From: an uncultured Verrucomicrobiae bacterium
Lineage (GTDB): Bacteria > Verrucomicrobiota > Verrucomicrobiia > Limisphaerales > JAFGQR01
Direction of reading: 5' to 3'
Assembly (NCBI GenBank): GCA_963788655.1
Contig: CAWBHS010000081.1
Span: forward strand, 32,001-96,000
Length of the DNA: 64,000 nt
Part shown: positions 20,066 through 33,200 of the stretch, in pieces
How the letters are laid out: the number at the start of each line of letters is the position of its first letter
How positions within the stretch are numbered: the stretch's first letter is position 1
Position numbers and translations under genes: made by a program
The notes under the pieces: generated by a model
The model's input: only the letters and a program-made list of their open reading frames with translations
What the model was told of the DNA's origin: nothing
The model's database searches: none

Positions 20066-23000
20066 TTATTGACCTGAATACTTGATCCGAAAGAATTGGA
20101 AACGATTGGTCGTGGTGTTGACTGTGTAGGGCGAAACCGCCGCGGTCATGTCGGTCCACCCTTGCGGATTGCCCAAGTCGGTTGAGGTTTGAAGCGTGCC
20201 ACCGCCGCCCCAGGTAATTACCACGCTGCCGGGCTGCAGGCCGGGTGTAACCCCCAGACAACGCACGGTAACGGGGAACGCGCACGAGTCTTCCAGCCCG
20301 GCAGCGTTGATGACGGTGCAATTGACCGTAGTGGTGCCCGGCGGGAACAGGCTGCCGGAGGGCGGTTCGCACATTACCGGCATGTCGGTGCCGCATTCGG
20401 TGCTGGCAGTAACCACGAATTTCACCACCGCGCCTTCATCGGATTGGCAATTGGTGATCACTTCTTGGGGACAGTTCAGGAATGGTTGCTGGGTGTCTTC
20501 GACAATGAGCGTCACTTCACAACTGCCGACATTGCCCGCGCTATCGGTCACGCTTACGACCACGGTATAGATGCCGGGCCGAACCTGAGTTCCCGGAGCC
20601 GGCATCTGGGACGGGAACGTGTTGGGAGAGAGTGGGCAGTTGTCCGTGAAGGTCACCCCTTCACGCAGATCCGGCACGACGCCCAGGCACGGTCCCAAGT
20701 CCGGCGAAAAGCCCGCGGTAACCACCACATTGCTTTGCAGGCAATTCACTGTTGGCGGATGTTTGTCCGAGAAAAACATCCCGGCCGGATAGCCATAAGA
20801 ATCGTATTCGGCCCAGCCATAGACAATGGCGCCGAAGGGGAATTTGCCGCCGCTGGCCCCGCCGGAGGTCAGATCATGGCGTCCCGGCGTTACGGCCACG
20901 CTGGCGCCAGAATAACCGCTGGTGGCAATCGGCACATAAGAGCCGGCGGGGATTGCCACGCTGTCCAGCAGCACGCTGCCAATGGCACCGCTCGGCACCA
21001 TGACGTTGATGAAGTGACTTAAGAAACCGGACTCGGGGACGCAGATTTCGTATTCCGTGCGGAACATCTCGATGCCGGGAAGTTCGATGGAGAACGGGTC
21101 GGAATCGGTCACCAAGTCAAAGTCCGAACTGGTCGAGTATTGCATGACGTGCATGCGCCCTTCGCAGAAGATGTGTGCCGGGCCGTTAATCTTCATTTGA
21201 TGGAACTCGCCACGGTTCAGGGTCGCCACCAACGGACCATTGACGAATACCTGCGTGTTGTCCTGCAAGGCATACATGCGATAGATGTCGCCCCCGGTGC
21301 GGGTCTTCAGCGGCATGGCCACAAAGTTGCCACTGCCGCGTTCCTCCGGCAGCAGTTGTTCCACGATGTAATCGCAGAACCAAACCGTCTCATCGGGGAT
21401 ATTGGCGCAACGGTGGCTTCCAAAAGCCGCAATGGGTTTGTCGGCGGCGACGAAGGTGCCGGACAGATCACGCGGCTCGGCGTTGGTGTTGCGCAGTTGA
21501 TACGTTTCACCGCGGTTCAGCGTGAACGAATACGCGACGCCCTTGGGATGACCGGTGGTGTTCACCGAGGGGATGACCGTCACCTTGGTATCATCATCGC
21601 ACGCCACCAAGCCGAACTGGGTGCCGTTGAGCGGCGGGGCGTTCGAGTGAACGTTGCCAAACGCCTGGATCAAGTAACTCTTGCCCAGCACCTCAGCGGG
21701 CAAGCCCAGGTAACCGTCGGTCGTCCACCGCACGCGGCTCATGCCGAACACGGCCACTTCCGCGCTGGCGGTGACGTGGATGCCGTTATTCTGGATTTCG
21801 TCATTCGCGTCGCCCAAATCGGCTTCCTTGGGCAGCTCGATGATCACCCGTTCCGGCACGGTGATGACGAAGTTGGTAATGAAGCCCAGTCCCGGGATTT
21901 CCACGGTGCCGGTGGTGGTGCGCGGTCCGGCGATATACAATCGCAGATGCAAGGGGTTGTCCGGGTCGGGCGCGTAATTCCCCGGGAACGTCAGCCAGAA
22001 ATCCTGCCCCTTGTTGGTGCTGTCGCAAGGTATGGGACGTTCCTCAACGTCCACCAGGTAATCTTCCACTTCGCCGTCTGCCGCCGGCCCATCGTAGGAG
22101 AGTCCGCCTTCGAGATTAAAGCGCAGCCGGGCGTAGGTACGGCCCACTTTGGCGTCGGCTGGCACATTGAAGGTGAGGGTGTTCGTTCCGCCAAACAACT
22201 CCACGTCTTTGAAGATTTGATCACCCGGCTCGGCCCAGGAGCCGTCGGCGCCAAAATCGAGCCAAGCGTTTAATAAGCCGTGTGTCGAGGCGCGCACTTC
22301 GATGGTCACCGAACGGCCAACATAGACGCCGGTTCCGGACACCACTCCATCTTCATCATTAGCCGCACCGGCGGGATTGGCATCGTCACCCGTGGCGGTG
22401 GCGTTGGGCTGACCATCGGGTTCCACGTCGAGGTGAAGTCCCAGAAAGACATCCGGATTGCGACGATGGCGAGCACCGTTGTCCACCAGCAACGTGGGAT
22501 AGGGCCGGGGGGCGTCACCGTAGTCAAACAGTTGTTGAATGGTAACCCGGTAGTCCTCGACTTCACCATCGCCCGCGGGACCATAGAACGGCAAATCACC
22601 TGAGCGGCTGAACCGGAACCGGGCGTAGGTCAAACCGGTCTTGGCGTTACTGGGAACCTGGAAGTTCAGCGTGTTGGGACCGGTGCCCAAAGGTTCCGCT
22701 ACGAAAATTTGATCGCCTTCTTCCGCAAACGATCCGTCGCCACCAAAATCCACCCAGGCATCCAAATTGCCGGAGATGCTGGCGGTTACGACGATCGTGG
22801 CGTTGGCCCCGAGCCCCAGGGGCGTACTCAAAGACCACCCCGTCTTCATCATCCGGAGCCGTGCCGCTGGGATTATCATCATCACCCGTGGCCGTGGCAT
22901 TGGGTTGGCCGTCGGTTTCGTAATCAATATACGCGCCGAGATGGAAGGTTTGGCCGGAACGATGCCGTGGTCCGTCCGACGCCAGCAATGTCCGGTAGGA

Positions 23001-24170
23001 ATCCGGAGCATCGCCATAATCTTGCGGCTCGGCAATGGTCAGTTGGTAGTCTTCCACCTCACCATCCGGCGCGGAACCGAGGTAGGACAGTTTTCCTTCC
23101 CGACTCAGCCGGAACCGGGCGAAGGCGTTGGCGGTCGGGTTGAGATCCAGGGGAATCACAAAGAACAGCACATTCACGCCCGCCACCAGGGATTCGGACG
23201 CGAAGATCTGTTCCCCCGCATCGGCCCAACTGCCGTTGCCATTAAAATCCACCCAGGCATCCAGTCGTCCATCCTGGGACGCGGTCACTTCAACGTCCAC
23301 GGTATTACCGGGCACCAGGGGCGTCAGGAACCGGACGCCATCTTCGTCATTGGAGGCGTGAGGAGGATTCAAATCGTCACCGTCGGCCAGGGGGCTCGGT
23401 TGGCCGTCCGCTTCGGTGTCCACCAGGTTGCCGAGGTAGAACCCTTTGAGAATCTGGTGCCGCGCGCCGTTCTGCGAGAGCAATGTGGGATAGACTTGCG
23501 GGGCATCGCCAAAGTCAAAGTCGATTGGGCTGCCAATGTTGACTCGATAATCCTCGACTTCGCCGGCACCGCCGTAGTCGATGGGGGTGAGATTACCTTC
23601 CTGGCTCAGCCGGAACCGGGCGAAAGTCTGGCCTTGATTCGCGGTGGAAGGGACCGGGAAAGTCAGAATGTTAGCACCGGCCGTCAATAAAAGTGAGGTG
23701 AAGATATGTTCACCTGAATCGTCCCAATCGCCGTCAGCGTTGAAATCCACCCAGGCGTCCAGGCGACCGGCCTGGGAGGCAGTGACGCGCACCGAAGCAG
23801 TGCCGCCTTGCGGCAGGGGGTCGGTCAGGAACAATACGCCGTCCTCGTCGTCGGGGATTCCGACCGGGTTATTATCGTCGCCGGTGGCCAACGCGTTGGG
23901 CTGGCCGTCAGTTTCGCCGTCCACAGTTTGGCCCAAATAGAATCCTTGGAGAATTGTGTGATACGCCCCGCGGTTATTGGCGAGGGTCGGATATGGAGGT
24001 GGAGCGTCACCAAAGTCGTTACTCAATATGATGGCCGCGGCGCGGGCCGGGCTAAATAGAGCGAGGATAAGGGCGATGATTCCGCCAATCCGCCACCTTT
24101 GAAAGGCAGCGGGCCGGACCCGCGCCGGCGGGCCCGCGGAATTATTGGGTATTAAAAACGCGCTTCTCAT
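20066..24170 (-). CDS. Secreted surface protein: 4 GEVED repeats, IgGFc-binding domain, HYR domains, C-terminal domain (frameshift ~22830)
   Basis: Signal peptide; 4x DxGDAP...DDEDGV...AWxDF...ARxR...GEVEDY; NKGQDFWLTFPGN; PPSGSLFPPGTTTVNC; LQTSTDL...FFRIK. Confidence 0.88.
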
Positions 24171-24231
24171 AACTTCGCTTTCCGGGAGAGGTTGCGTTGC
24201 ACACAGTGAAATGGTTCATAAGCCAGCATGG

Positions 24232-27200
24232 TTAAAAGGAGAACTCGACGGTGCCCACCACGGTTAAAGTCAGCGTCAGGTTGGCGCTGATAACTTGCGG
24301 CGTGGTCATGTGCAAATCAACCACCACGCCACTGAGCCCAACGCCGAGCAAGGTGTCGGCATATCCTTCACCCGCAAGCTCGGTGACCATGTCCGATCCC
24401 TGGTTGAAGCTCTGATCGAACACGTAGGTGTCATTGCCGGCATTGCCGCGGAGGGTGTCGTCCCCTGCCCCGCCGTTCAGCATGTCGTTGCCCGCGCCAC
24501 CCTCGAGGGTGTCATTATTGTCATTGCCGTATAGTTGGTCATTGCCGTCGCCGCCGCCCAGGTAGTCCTGACCCGCACCGCCAATCAGAATGTCATTGCC
24601 CGCACCGCCATTCAGGATGACGCGGCCCAAGGTGAAGGCCGAAGCGTCCAGCGTATTATTGCCGTCGCCACCCACGAGGTAAAGTTGCGTAATCGTCCCG
24701 CCGACCAGCGTGTCGGTTTCGCCGTTGATCATCAACGTGGTGTCGGTGGCCACAAAGTTCGCGTCGCGTTGAGCCAGCACGGTGTTGAGGCTGGTGCCGC
24801 CATCAAACGTGTCATTGCCCAATCCGCCAATGAAGGCATTGTCGAGGCTGTTGCCCGTCAGGATATCGTCCTGGTCGCCACCAATGGCGTTCTCGACGCT
24901 GTCACCGTGGGTCAGGGTGAGTTTGAGGTTCGTGGCATGGACGGTTTGTTGTGCGGTGACGGAGAGATCTATCTTTACGCTTTGCGTCTGGGTGGGCGAG
25001 AAGTCGATGACATCATTGCCACCAGCCACGCCAGGCATTTCATCGATGGTGTCTTCGCCCAAGACCTCGTCCACGTCGAATTGATACCAATCGTTGCCCG
25101 CACCGCCGATCAAGGTGTCATTGTCCGCGCCGCCGATCAGCACGTCATCGTCGGAACCGCCCGTCAACTTGTCATTGCCGGCCTCACCGCTAAGGATCGT
25201 GGTGCCGGTAAAGCCCGAGGCATCAATGGTGTTGTCACTGGCCCCACCGGTCAGCGTGGCCTGTTGGATATTCACGAGGGTGTCCATCTCGCTGCCGATG
25301 GTGAGCGAGGCATCGGTGAGGACGAAATCCGCATCGGCCGTCTCAACGATTCGATTGGTGCCACCGCCGCCGTCGATGGTGTCGGCACCGGCGCCGCCGG
25401 TCAGGGTGTTGTCGAGCGAATTGCCGGTCAGGTTGTCGGCGCCATCGCCGCCAAGGAGAATTTCGATGTCTTCGGCGTTCAAGCGCAACACCAGGTCGCC
25501 CGGCACCACGTTCTGGTCCACGCCCGTGAGCGACAGGTCAACCGCCACCGCCGCGCTCCAAGCCGGGATGGCTAAGGTCATGTCCGTGTATCCGCCAAAG
25601 GTCAGGGTATCGTTGCCATCGCCGCCGATGATCCGCGCGCGATTCATCATGCCGTCTTCCACGAACACGAACAGGTCGTCGCCTTCATCGCCTTGAAGGA
25701 TGCTGTTGCTGGCGATGAGCGTGCCCTGGCTGGCGATCAAAACGTCATTGCCTTTGCCCCCCTGGAGCCAGACGGCACCGGAGAAGGCGGAGGCATTCAA
25801 GAGATCGTCGCCGTCGCCGCCGACCAAAATGGCCGCCTCAATCTGACTGATCCCGATGCTGCCAATGCCGCCCGTGAACGTGAGCAACGAATCCGTCAGC
25901 GTCACGGTGCCGTCCACGCCGGATTGCAGGATGTCCGAGCCGCCGCCGCCATCCACCGAGAGACTGCCGGCCGACCAACCGGAGACATCAATGGTGTCGT
26001 TGTTGGGCGTGCCAATGAAGGAGACCGTTTCAATGCTGTCCAGCGGGTCAATTTCCGAATGCGGCGTGCCGGACGGATCGAGGACCAGGTGCAACGCCGA
26101 ATTTTGGAGCGCGGCCTGAACACTCACCGCCAGCGAACTCAAGTCGCGGATGTAAGTATCCGTGCCCAGTCCGCCGAAGACGAAGTCCGAGCCCGAACCC
26201 GCGGTGAACATGTCATCGCCTTCACCACCAGTCAGGATGGTGTTGCCCGAGAAACCGGCGACATCGAAATCATTTCCGCTGGGTCCGCCCGTCAACACCG
26301 CCAGCTCAATCGACACCAAACTCATGGTGCTGGAGTAAGACCCGGTGGTCACCGTCAGCGACCCGTCATCAAGCGTGAAGTCCGCGTCCGCCGCCACGAC
26401 CACCCGATCTCCACCCGCCAGGCCCTTGAGACTGCCACTGCCGGTCCAACCGGTGAGCGTGAAAGTGTTCGCCGAACGCCGCCGGTCAGGTTGGCGATCT
26501 CGATATTATTGAGCGCATCGACTTCGCCATTGCTGCGCGACAGGCTGCTGTCGGACAGGGTGAAGTTGGTGTTGGCCACTTCATTAATGGTGTCGGTGCC
26601 GGCGCCGCCGTTCAGATTGTCATTGCCGGGGCCGCCATCCAACGTGTCATCGCCGCTCTTGCCGTCGAGGAGATCATTGCCGGGGCCGCCCCGCAGGACG
26701 TTGTCATTGCTGTTGCCGCGCAAAGTGTCATTCAAGGAACCGCCGATCACCTCTTCCACCCCTTCGCCCACGATGGTGAGCGTGAGGTTGGAATTGACGA
26801 CTTGCGCCGAACCCAGGATCGACAGGTTCAGGTTGATCTGTTGGGTCGTGGTGCCGGAGAAATCAATGATGTCGTAGCCGCTATCGGCGATGTTTTCGGT
26901 GACCGTTTCGCTGCCCCACGGCGTGTCGGTATCGAACACGTAGATTTCACTGCCGGCACGGCCTTCCAGCCAATCGTCGCCCGGACCGCCGAGCAGCACA
27001 TTGTTCAGGCCGTTGCCGTAGAGGAAGTCATTGCCGGAGCCGCCGGTGACGTTCTCAATATCGTCGGTCAGGAACAGGTTGAGGTTGCCATTCACCAGTT
27101 GCAGGGTATGCACAGCCAGATCAACATCGACGCCCGCCAGCGTTCCCACGAAGCTCAAGGTGTCGCGTCCGCCATTGCCGATGACGGTGTTAGTGCCGAG

Positions 27201-30200
27201 CGGCGAATCGGCCACAAAGTGGAACGTGTCGTTGCCGGACCCACCCCAGTAAACGTCGTTGCCGGCCGTGCCTTCAAAGGTAACCGAGCGCGAGAAACCG
27301 GAGGCATTGATGACGTTGTTGCTCGGGCCGCCGCGCAAGGTGACATTCTCAATCGAGCCGAGGTGATAGGTCGAACCATTTGGCAGACTCAGCGAGGCGT
27401 CCTTGAAGAAGCCCTGGAAGATCTGGAACAAGATCCCCTCGATGAAGGAAGCGTCCTTGAGGATCATTTGCGAGGCGTCATTTTCGACGATCAACGAATC
27501 CGTTCCCGTGCCGCCGGAGATGTAGGCCGAGCCATTCCAACCGGTGAGGTCAAAGGTGTTGTTGCGGTAGCCACCGAACAACTTCGCCACTTCGATGCTT
27601 TCCAGCGTAAACGTGCTCAGCGGGAAGCCGCCGGCGGTTTGCTTGTGGACCAGCGTGGCTGAAGTCGGGCCGGTGGTCGTTAGAATAATGAACGGCACGT
27701 CACGATTGCTGACGATGGTGTCGGTGCCGTGTTCGCCATCGACATCCTTGTTGTCCAGCTCGACATAAATCAGGTCGTCGCCCAAGCCGCCACGGATGAT
27801 GTCTTCGCCACCGTCACCAATCAGAATGTCATCCTCCAATTGGCCGTTGATGAAGTCCGGATCCGTGCCGCCCAGGCCGCCGGTGATGGTGTCTTTGCCG
27901 GGGCCGCCGGAATAGACGATGGTGTTGAGGCTGCTCGGATCGGCGATCACCACCGGGGCCGGGATATAGCCGGAATCGCCGATCAGAATATCCCAATCAT
28001 TGCCGCCCTGGATGATGTCGTCATCGGGATTATTGCCAAACGCGTCACCGCCAATATAAACCTTCGAGTCGTCGAGCGGCCGGCCCGTGGGATCGCGCAA
28101 CACCACGTTGAAGTAAAGCGGATCAATGCATAGCCCCAGGGAGTCGGTGTCCAGGATCGGAATGTCCACCGACTTCTGGGTTTCGCCCACGTCGAAAGTG
28201 AGCAAAATCGAGACCGCCAGGTAATTGACCCCATCCAGCGCGGTGCCGTCTTCGGTGCGCACGATCACCACGCGCGCCTCGAAGGAGTTGCCGCGCACGA
28301 CCGTGATCGTGACCACGCCGCTGGCCACGGCTTCGGAGACGCTGTAGCTCGGTTCACTGAAGCCAAAGCCGCCCGACGCCGGCGCGGTGACGAGGTCCGA
28401 CGGCTTGATGCCGGCGTCTTGATTGCTGGCGCTGGGATTAACATTGTTAAGAATAATTTCACTGGTGCGCCCGCCAACGATCACATCGGTATCCACGGCT
28501 TCCGGCACGGCGACGTAGGCGACGAAGGTGAAGCCGTTCGGTATATCGAATTCAACGACATAGTGGCTATCCGAGCCATCGTCGTGCAGATACAAGCCAG
28601 TGAACTGGTAAGTGCCGTCGGTGGTGACAATGGTATTCACCGGATTGCCGTTGCAATCGTACAGGTTCACCAAGACTTCCTCGGTGAACAATTCACCCGC
28701 GTCCTGCCGGTTGTTGTTGTTGGCGTCCAACCAGATTTGGCCGCTGATGGAACCATTGGCGTTATCGCCACTGGTATCCACGGAGAAGATTGGGCCCGCG
28801 TCATAAACCGAGTGCAATGGCGTCGGTGGATTGGTGGTGGCGGTGACGACGGCGTTATAGGTGCCCATATTGACCGGCGCGTTGCCGTCGGTGGCCGTCA
28901 TCCAATGCCCGCCCACCACGTGGTCGTCCCCGCCACCGGCGTCAATAATGTCGTTGCCCGGACCGCCGAAGATGGTGTCATCCGTGCCGCCGCGACCGGT
29001 GTCATCACTGCTGCCGTCGGCAATACTGAACTTCAGACTATTGTCATACCCGACGTTACCGAACGGCGAGATGCCGACGATGCCGTCGTATTCAATGCTC
29101 TGAGTGTCGTTATTGGTGGTGTTCTCGTAACTGCCACCGAAGCCCAAGAAAATTGGAACCAAGGCCAGGTCCTTGTAAGGCGACGTCACCGAGGTGCCGT
29201 CCACCTCGATACTCACCTGGCCCAAATAGACTTGTTGTGAATAGACGCCGCTGCCATTGGTGGACACCACGGCGGACTGCTCCACCCCACCGTAGTACCA
29301 CTTCAATGTGACATCGACGTCTTTGATGCCGTTTTCACCGAAATCCTTGTAGCCATTCCCGTTCTTGTCGTAGAAAACCGTGCCGTTCACCAGAATACCG
29401 TCGTCATCGTAAATGGTGGCTACGGCGGTACTGTCTTCCACCGCCAGGGTGGCGCCCACCGGGTTACTCAACCGGACGGCAAATTCCTCGGAGAGTTCCG
29501 CATCGGTATCCTCATAAACATCCACGGAAATCATGCCGGAACTCGAGTTGGCCGGGATGAAGAGATTGCCGGACGTGGCCACAAAATCCTGGCCGTCCCG
29601 CGCCGTCAAGGGGACGGTTTCATAATGGACCGTCACGCCACCCGGACCCGCGGGCGCAGAGAGATAGACATTGAAGTCGTGCGAACCAGTGCCGCCGGAA
29701 CTGCCTTCCCACAGCCCGTAGCGGAGCGTTGGGAAGATGGAGAACACCGGCGGTACGATGGACAATGCCGGAGTATCCTCATCCCGGATGATCAACGTGG
29801 CTTCATTGGGATCACCGCGAGCTGGTTGGCCGGTGGGCGCCCGCAAATACAACTTCACAGTTTCGTCGCCTTCCACCACGTTGTCCGAGTAGATGGTGAT
29901 GGGGATCTTCCGGCTGGTCTCGTTTTCGCCGAAGACCACCAGTTGCCGGAAGACGGCTTCGTAATCCAATCCGGCCGTGGCCGTGCCATCCACCGTGTAG
30001 AAGACCACAATGGCATTCGAGCTTCCGGGCGTGCGGAGCAGCGTGACTTCGAAGGTATCCGTACCCGAGTCGGGTTCTTCGACAATATACTGGCTGTCAC
30101 TGAAGCGAACGGCCCACGGGCCGTAATCCACATCACTCGTCGCGTCGTCATTGCCGATGTTGATGGTTACGTGGTTGCTCTCCGCCGGAGCGTTGGCGGC

Positions 30201-33200
30201 GATATCGGCATTGTCGGCGCTGAGCAGATTGACGAAGAATTCCTCAACGTCTTCCATCAGGTTGTCGCCGAGCACTTCCACGGTAATGGTCTTGGTCTGG
30301 TCACCGGGCGCGAACACCAATTCACCCTTTTGCTCCGGCGTCGCCACCGCCAGGAGAGCTTCATCCTGGAGCACCGCGGAATCCGGGATGGCCACGTAAT
30401 CCGGATAATTCAGCACGATGACATCGATGATCCCGTCGCCGTCCAAGTCGCCGGAGAAGACCGATTCGACGGCCGTGCCCGGCGAAGTGGCAAAGGTCAC
30501 CGTGATGGTTTTGCCGCTTACCTCTGAGAGGGTGATGTCGAGGTCAACGAATTTTGAGTCATTGTTGCTCTCGGTAACGGAAGTGGTGAACACCCCGGGT
30601 GGGGCTCCAGTAGGCGCAATGGAGACGCTAACCGGCGCGTCATCGTCGGGAATGATGCCAAACGCTCGACCATCCTCAATACGGGCAAAGGCGGGATTGA
30701 ACAAGTCCACGTAGAATTCTTCATCCACTTCGTCGAGGGTGTCGTCGATACATTGAACTTCGACCACTTGCGTCGTTTCGCCGGGCTCGAACGTGATCAG
30801 CGGCGTGGGATTCATGACGTTCGGCACCACTTGGTAATCCGCGCCCGGCAGACCCGAAGGCGTCGCCGCGCCGTTCAAAGGCAACCCGAAGGAGTTGACC
30901 GCCACGTCGGTCCGCCATTCCACCGTGACGGTATATTGGCTCGGGTTGGAGAGTGTCACCACGAACCGGGCGGTCGTGCCTTCGCCCACTTCATAAACCT
31001 TTTTACCGGCATCGTCCAGGGTGGAAGGCGGCAAATAATCCTGAATGGAAATGGTCGGAATCGGATCGTCGTTGATGATCGTCCCAAAGGCCTGAATGGT
31101 GCCGGCGCCAAACGGATTGGTGAGGCTCAGGAGGAATTGCTCGTTGTCCTCATACATGCTGTCGCTGAAGACCGTGACTGCGACCTGGGCGGTGACTTCG
31201 CCCTGGTTGATCACGAGCGTCTGGTTGCTCAGCGCAGCGTAGTCGCCGCTGGCCGCGGTGGCCGAACCATTCAGGATGCTGTAGGGGATGTTCAACGTGC
31301 TGCCCGCCGGGCCCGAAAGCTTGATGGTGAAGACCAATTGGGTCTGACCCACGTTGCCTTCGTTCACGGAAACATCGTTTACGGAAATGGTCGGATTGCC
31401 CGTGTAACCGGCGGTCACGTTGCTTTCGGTGGTGTCGTAACCGACGTGGAACGGATCAGTTTCGCCCGTGGTCGTGTCCGCGTCACTGTCATCGCCAGCT
31501 TCATTGGCCGAGCTGGCGCCGCCGGCATTCTTCACGGCAAAACTCAGACCGGTCAGCGTGAAGAACTTCAGACGGTAATCGAGGGGGTCCAGGCCGACGA
31601 ACTCGAAACTGCCATCCGATTCGGTCTTCACGGTCGCCAGCACATCGCCGGTGCTTTGGCGGATCAACTTCACGGTCACCCCGCCAACGCCGGCTTCGTC
31701 GTCATCCTGGAGACCGTTAAGGTTGTTGTCATAAAAGACCGCCGACTTGATGGCGATGCCGGTGTTGCGGTCGCCCTCGCGGCCCATCGAGTCATCGCCG
31801 AAGATGGTGTCGTTGCCCGGACCGCCGTCAAAGAAGTCGTTGGCGTCTTCCTCGATGGTGTCGGTTTCACCCTTATTCAGGAAATTGCCGCCATACATCA
31901 GGTCGTTGCCTTCGCCGCCGAAAAGGACGTCCACGTTGCCGCCGCCAATGATCACGTCGTTGCCGCTGCCGGTCAGTCCTTCCACACTAACGCCGTCGGT
32001 GGGAATGGCCGCCAGGATGCCACTGATATTGCTGATGCTCACCACTTGGTTATTGACCGTGCTATAACGATCGCCAATCAACAGGTCAATCCCGGCGTGG
32101 CCGTTCAAAAGGTCGTTGCCATCGCCACCAATCAACAGATCGTTGCCCGAGCCGCCGTACAATTCGTCGTCGCCATCGCCGCCATCAAGGATGTCATCAT
32201 CCCGACTGCCGCGGAGAATGTCGCGACCCGCACCCCCGATCAAATAGTCAATGCCGGCACCACCTTCGATGGTGTCGTTGCCGGCGCCGCCTTCGACATA
32301 GTCATTACCTTTGCCCGCATCGATGGTGTCGTCACCCTCGTCGCCGTAAAGCTCGTCGTCGAGCGCGCTACCGGTGATTGTATCCCGCCCCGCACCGCCG
32401 TAAATCGTGATACCCGCCGCCCCGGCCACCAGCGTGTCGTTGCCGGCGTCACCGTAAATCGTCACATTTGTCGCCGCATCGCTGGTGCTGGCGGTAATGG
32501 TATCGTTGCCATCATTGCCATGCACAATCGAGCCGGTGCCGTCGCTCAGGAAGATCGTGTCATTGCCCACGCCCCCGTCGATTTCCACGGGGCTCTGCAC
32601 GCCGCGGAGGTCAATGTAATCATCGCCTTGACCACCATCGGCTACGATCTTCGCCACGTGCTCGTAGGTGTCCTTGTAGTCACCCCAGCGGACTTCCACA
32701 GTCTCATCCCCCGCCGTGCCATCCACGTGCGCCACGATGAAGGTTTCGGAACCGTCGCTGGTGTCAATCGCGCCGCGAGCACCCGCGTTCGGCCCCATGT
32801 TCAACGTCAGGCTCGCGCCTTCGGTGGCCAGTTCGGGCTCAGGGCAGGTGATGTCAAACGAGAACAAGGTGATCTCAGCGAAACGCCAGGTTTTATCGAT
32901 GCTGAAGAAGAAGAGATCCACACTCAGGAACGCTTCGAGGAAGAGTCCCAGTTCGCCGTGGATGTTAAAGATGCAGCGTGGATCGGTCTGGGCCAGGGCA
33001 ATGATTTCGCTGACGCGCACCTTACCGTCGTCATCCACGTCGTTCAGGTCGAAATCGATGGTGGCAAAGATGCCGCCGCGCACACCGGCTTCGACGATGA
33101 GCAAGTCAATCGAAGCGCCGGCGAAGATTTCCCCGCTCAGGGAAAGTTCCGGCTGGTCGTTGCCATTGGCGTCGAAGTCCAGCACATAGAACCCGTCGAG

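Noticed and set aside
22050..24020. GEVED repeats as a diversity-generating retroelement or recent duplication
   Set aside because: The repeats are well diverged, show no adenine-specific pattern, and there is no reverse transcriptase.
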